DNA from: Chiloscyllium plagiosum
Lineage: Eukaryota
Length of the DNA stretch: 48,115 bases
Reading direction: 5' to 3'
NCBI RefSeq assembly: GCF_004010195.1
Contig: NC_057756.1
Location: 5,667,728 to 5,715,842 of the forward strand
The notes under the pieces were generated by a model. That model had not been told where the DNA came from, did no database searches, and saw nothing but the letters and a program-made list of their open reading frames with translations. The position numbers and the translations under genes were made by a program. This document shows, in pieces, positions 47,485 through 48,115 of this stretch (position 1 is the first letter of the stretch; each line of letters begins with the position of its first letter).

Positions 47485-48115
47485 GGTTGGGGAGGAGTGG
47501 GAGCTGTCTGGTTGGTGTGGTGAAGGGGTTATTGGGGAGTGGGAGGGTATCTGTTTGGTGTGGTGAAGGGGTTGTTGGGGAATGGGAGGGTGTCTGGTTG
47601 GTGTGGTGAAGGGGTTTGTTGGGGAGTGGGAGGGTGTCTGGTTGGTGTGGTGAAGGGGTTTCTGGGAAAGGGGGAGGGTGTCTGGTTGGTGTGGTGAAGG
47701 GGTTTGTTGGGGAGTGGGAGGGTGTCTGGTTGGTGTGGTGAAGGGGTTTGTTGGGGAGTGGGAGGGTGTCTGGTTGGTGTGGTGAAGGGGTTTGTTGGGG
47801 AGTGGGAGGGTGTCTGGTTGGTGTGGTGAAGGGGTTTGTTGGGGAGTGGGAGGGTGTCTGGTTGGTGTGGTGAAGGGGTTTGTTGGGGAGTGGGAGGGTG
47901 TCTGGTTGGTGTGGTGAAGGGGTTTGTTGGGGAGTGGGAGGGTGTCTGGTTGGTGTGGTGAAGGGGTTTGTTGGGGAGTGGGAGGGTGTCTGGTTGGTGT
48001 GGTGAAGGGGTTTGTTGGGGAGTGGGAGGGTGTCTGGTTGGTGTGGTGAAGGGGTTTCTGGGAAAGGGAGCTGTCTGGTTGGTGTGGTGAAGGGTTGTTG
48101 GGGAATGGGAGGGTA
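47485..48115 (+). repeat. 44-bp G/T-rich minisatellite (ggtttgttggggagtgggagggtgtctggttggtgtggtgaagg), about 14 units
   Basis: Homogeneous central units, running to the window end. Confidence 0.95.

Overview
This is vertebrate genomic DNA, almost certainly from a shark. That call is an inference from the HE1-like V-SINEs, CR1/HER1-like LINE pieces, DeuSINE relics and shark-type Penelope fragments. It is a draft assembly with 7 N-gaps. The + strand carries a tandem cluster of Siglec-family (MAG/CD22/CD33-related-like) Ig receptor genes, built from phase-1 symmetric Ig exons with canonical AG/GT boundaries. Gene A (322-15899, 5' end outside the window) splices in frame as four C2-type Ig exons, a neutral TM exon and two cytoplasmic exons carrying MIYSQI, IVYANA and TEYAEI motifs, so it looks like an inhibitory receptor. 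Gene B (about 26874-38769) has two tandem Siglec domain-2 exons and near-identical copies of gene A's first two exons, one with a 13-bp frameshift. After a gap there is an unannotated TM exon with an intramembrane Arg and a short tyrosine-free tail, the hallmark of an activating receptor. Gene C (43971-46693, continuing beyond the window) is a shorter paralog. The most interesting reading is a paired inhibitory/activating Siglec-like system in a cartilaginous fish, shaped by recent duplication or conversion. No V-set or leader exon is visible, so sialic-acid binding cannot be assessed. The rest is repeats: SINEs, LINEs, LTR relics, Penelope fragments with hammerhead-ribozyme motifs, and minisatellites that expanded inside retroposons.
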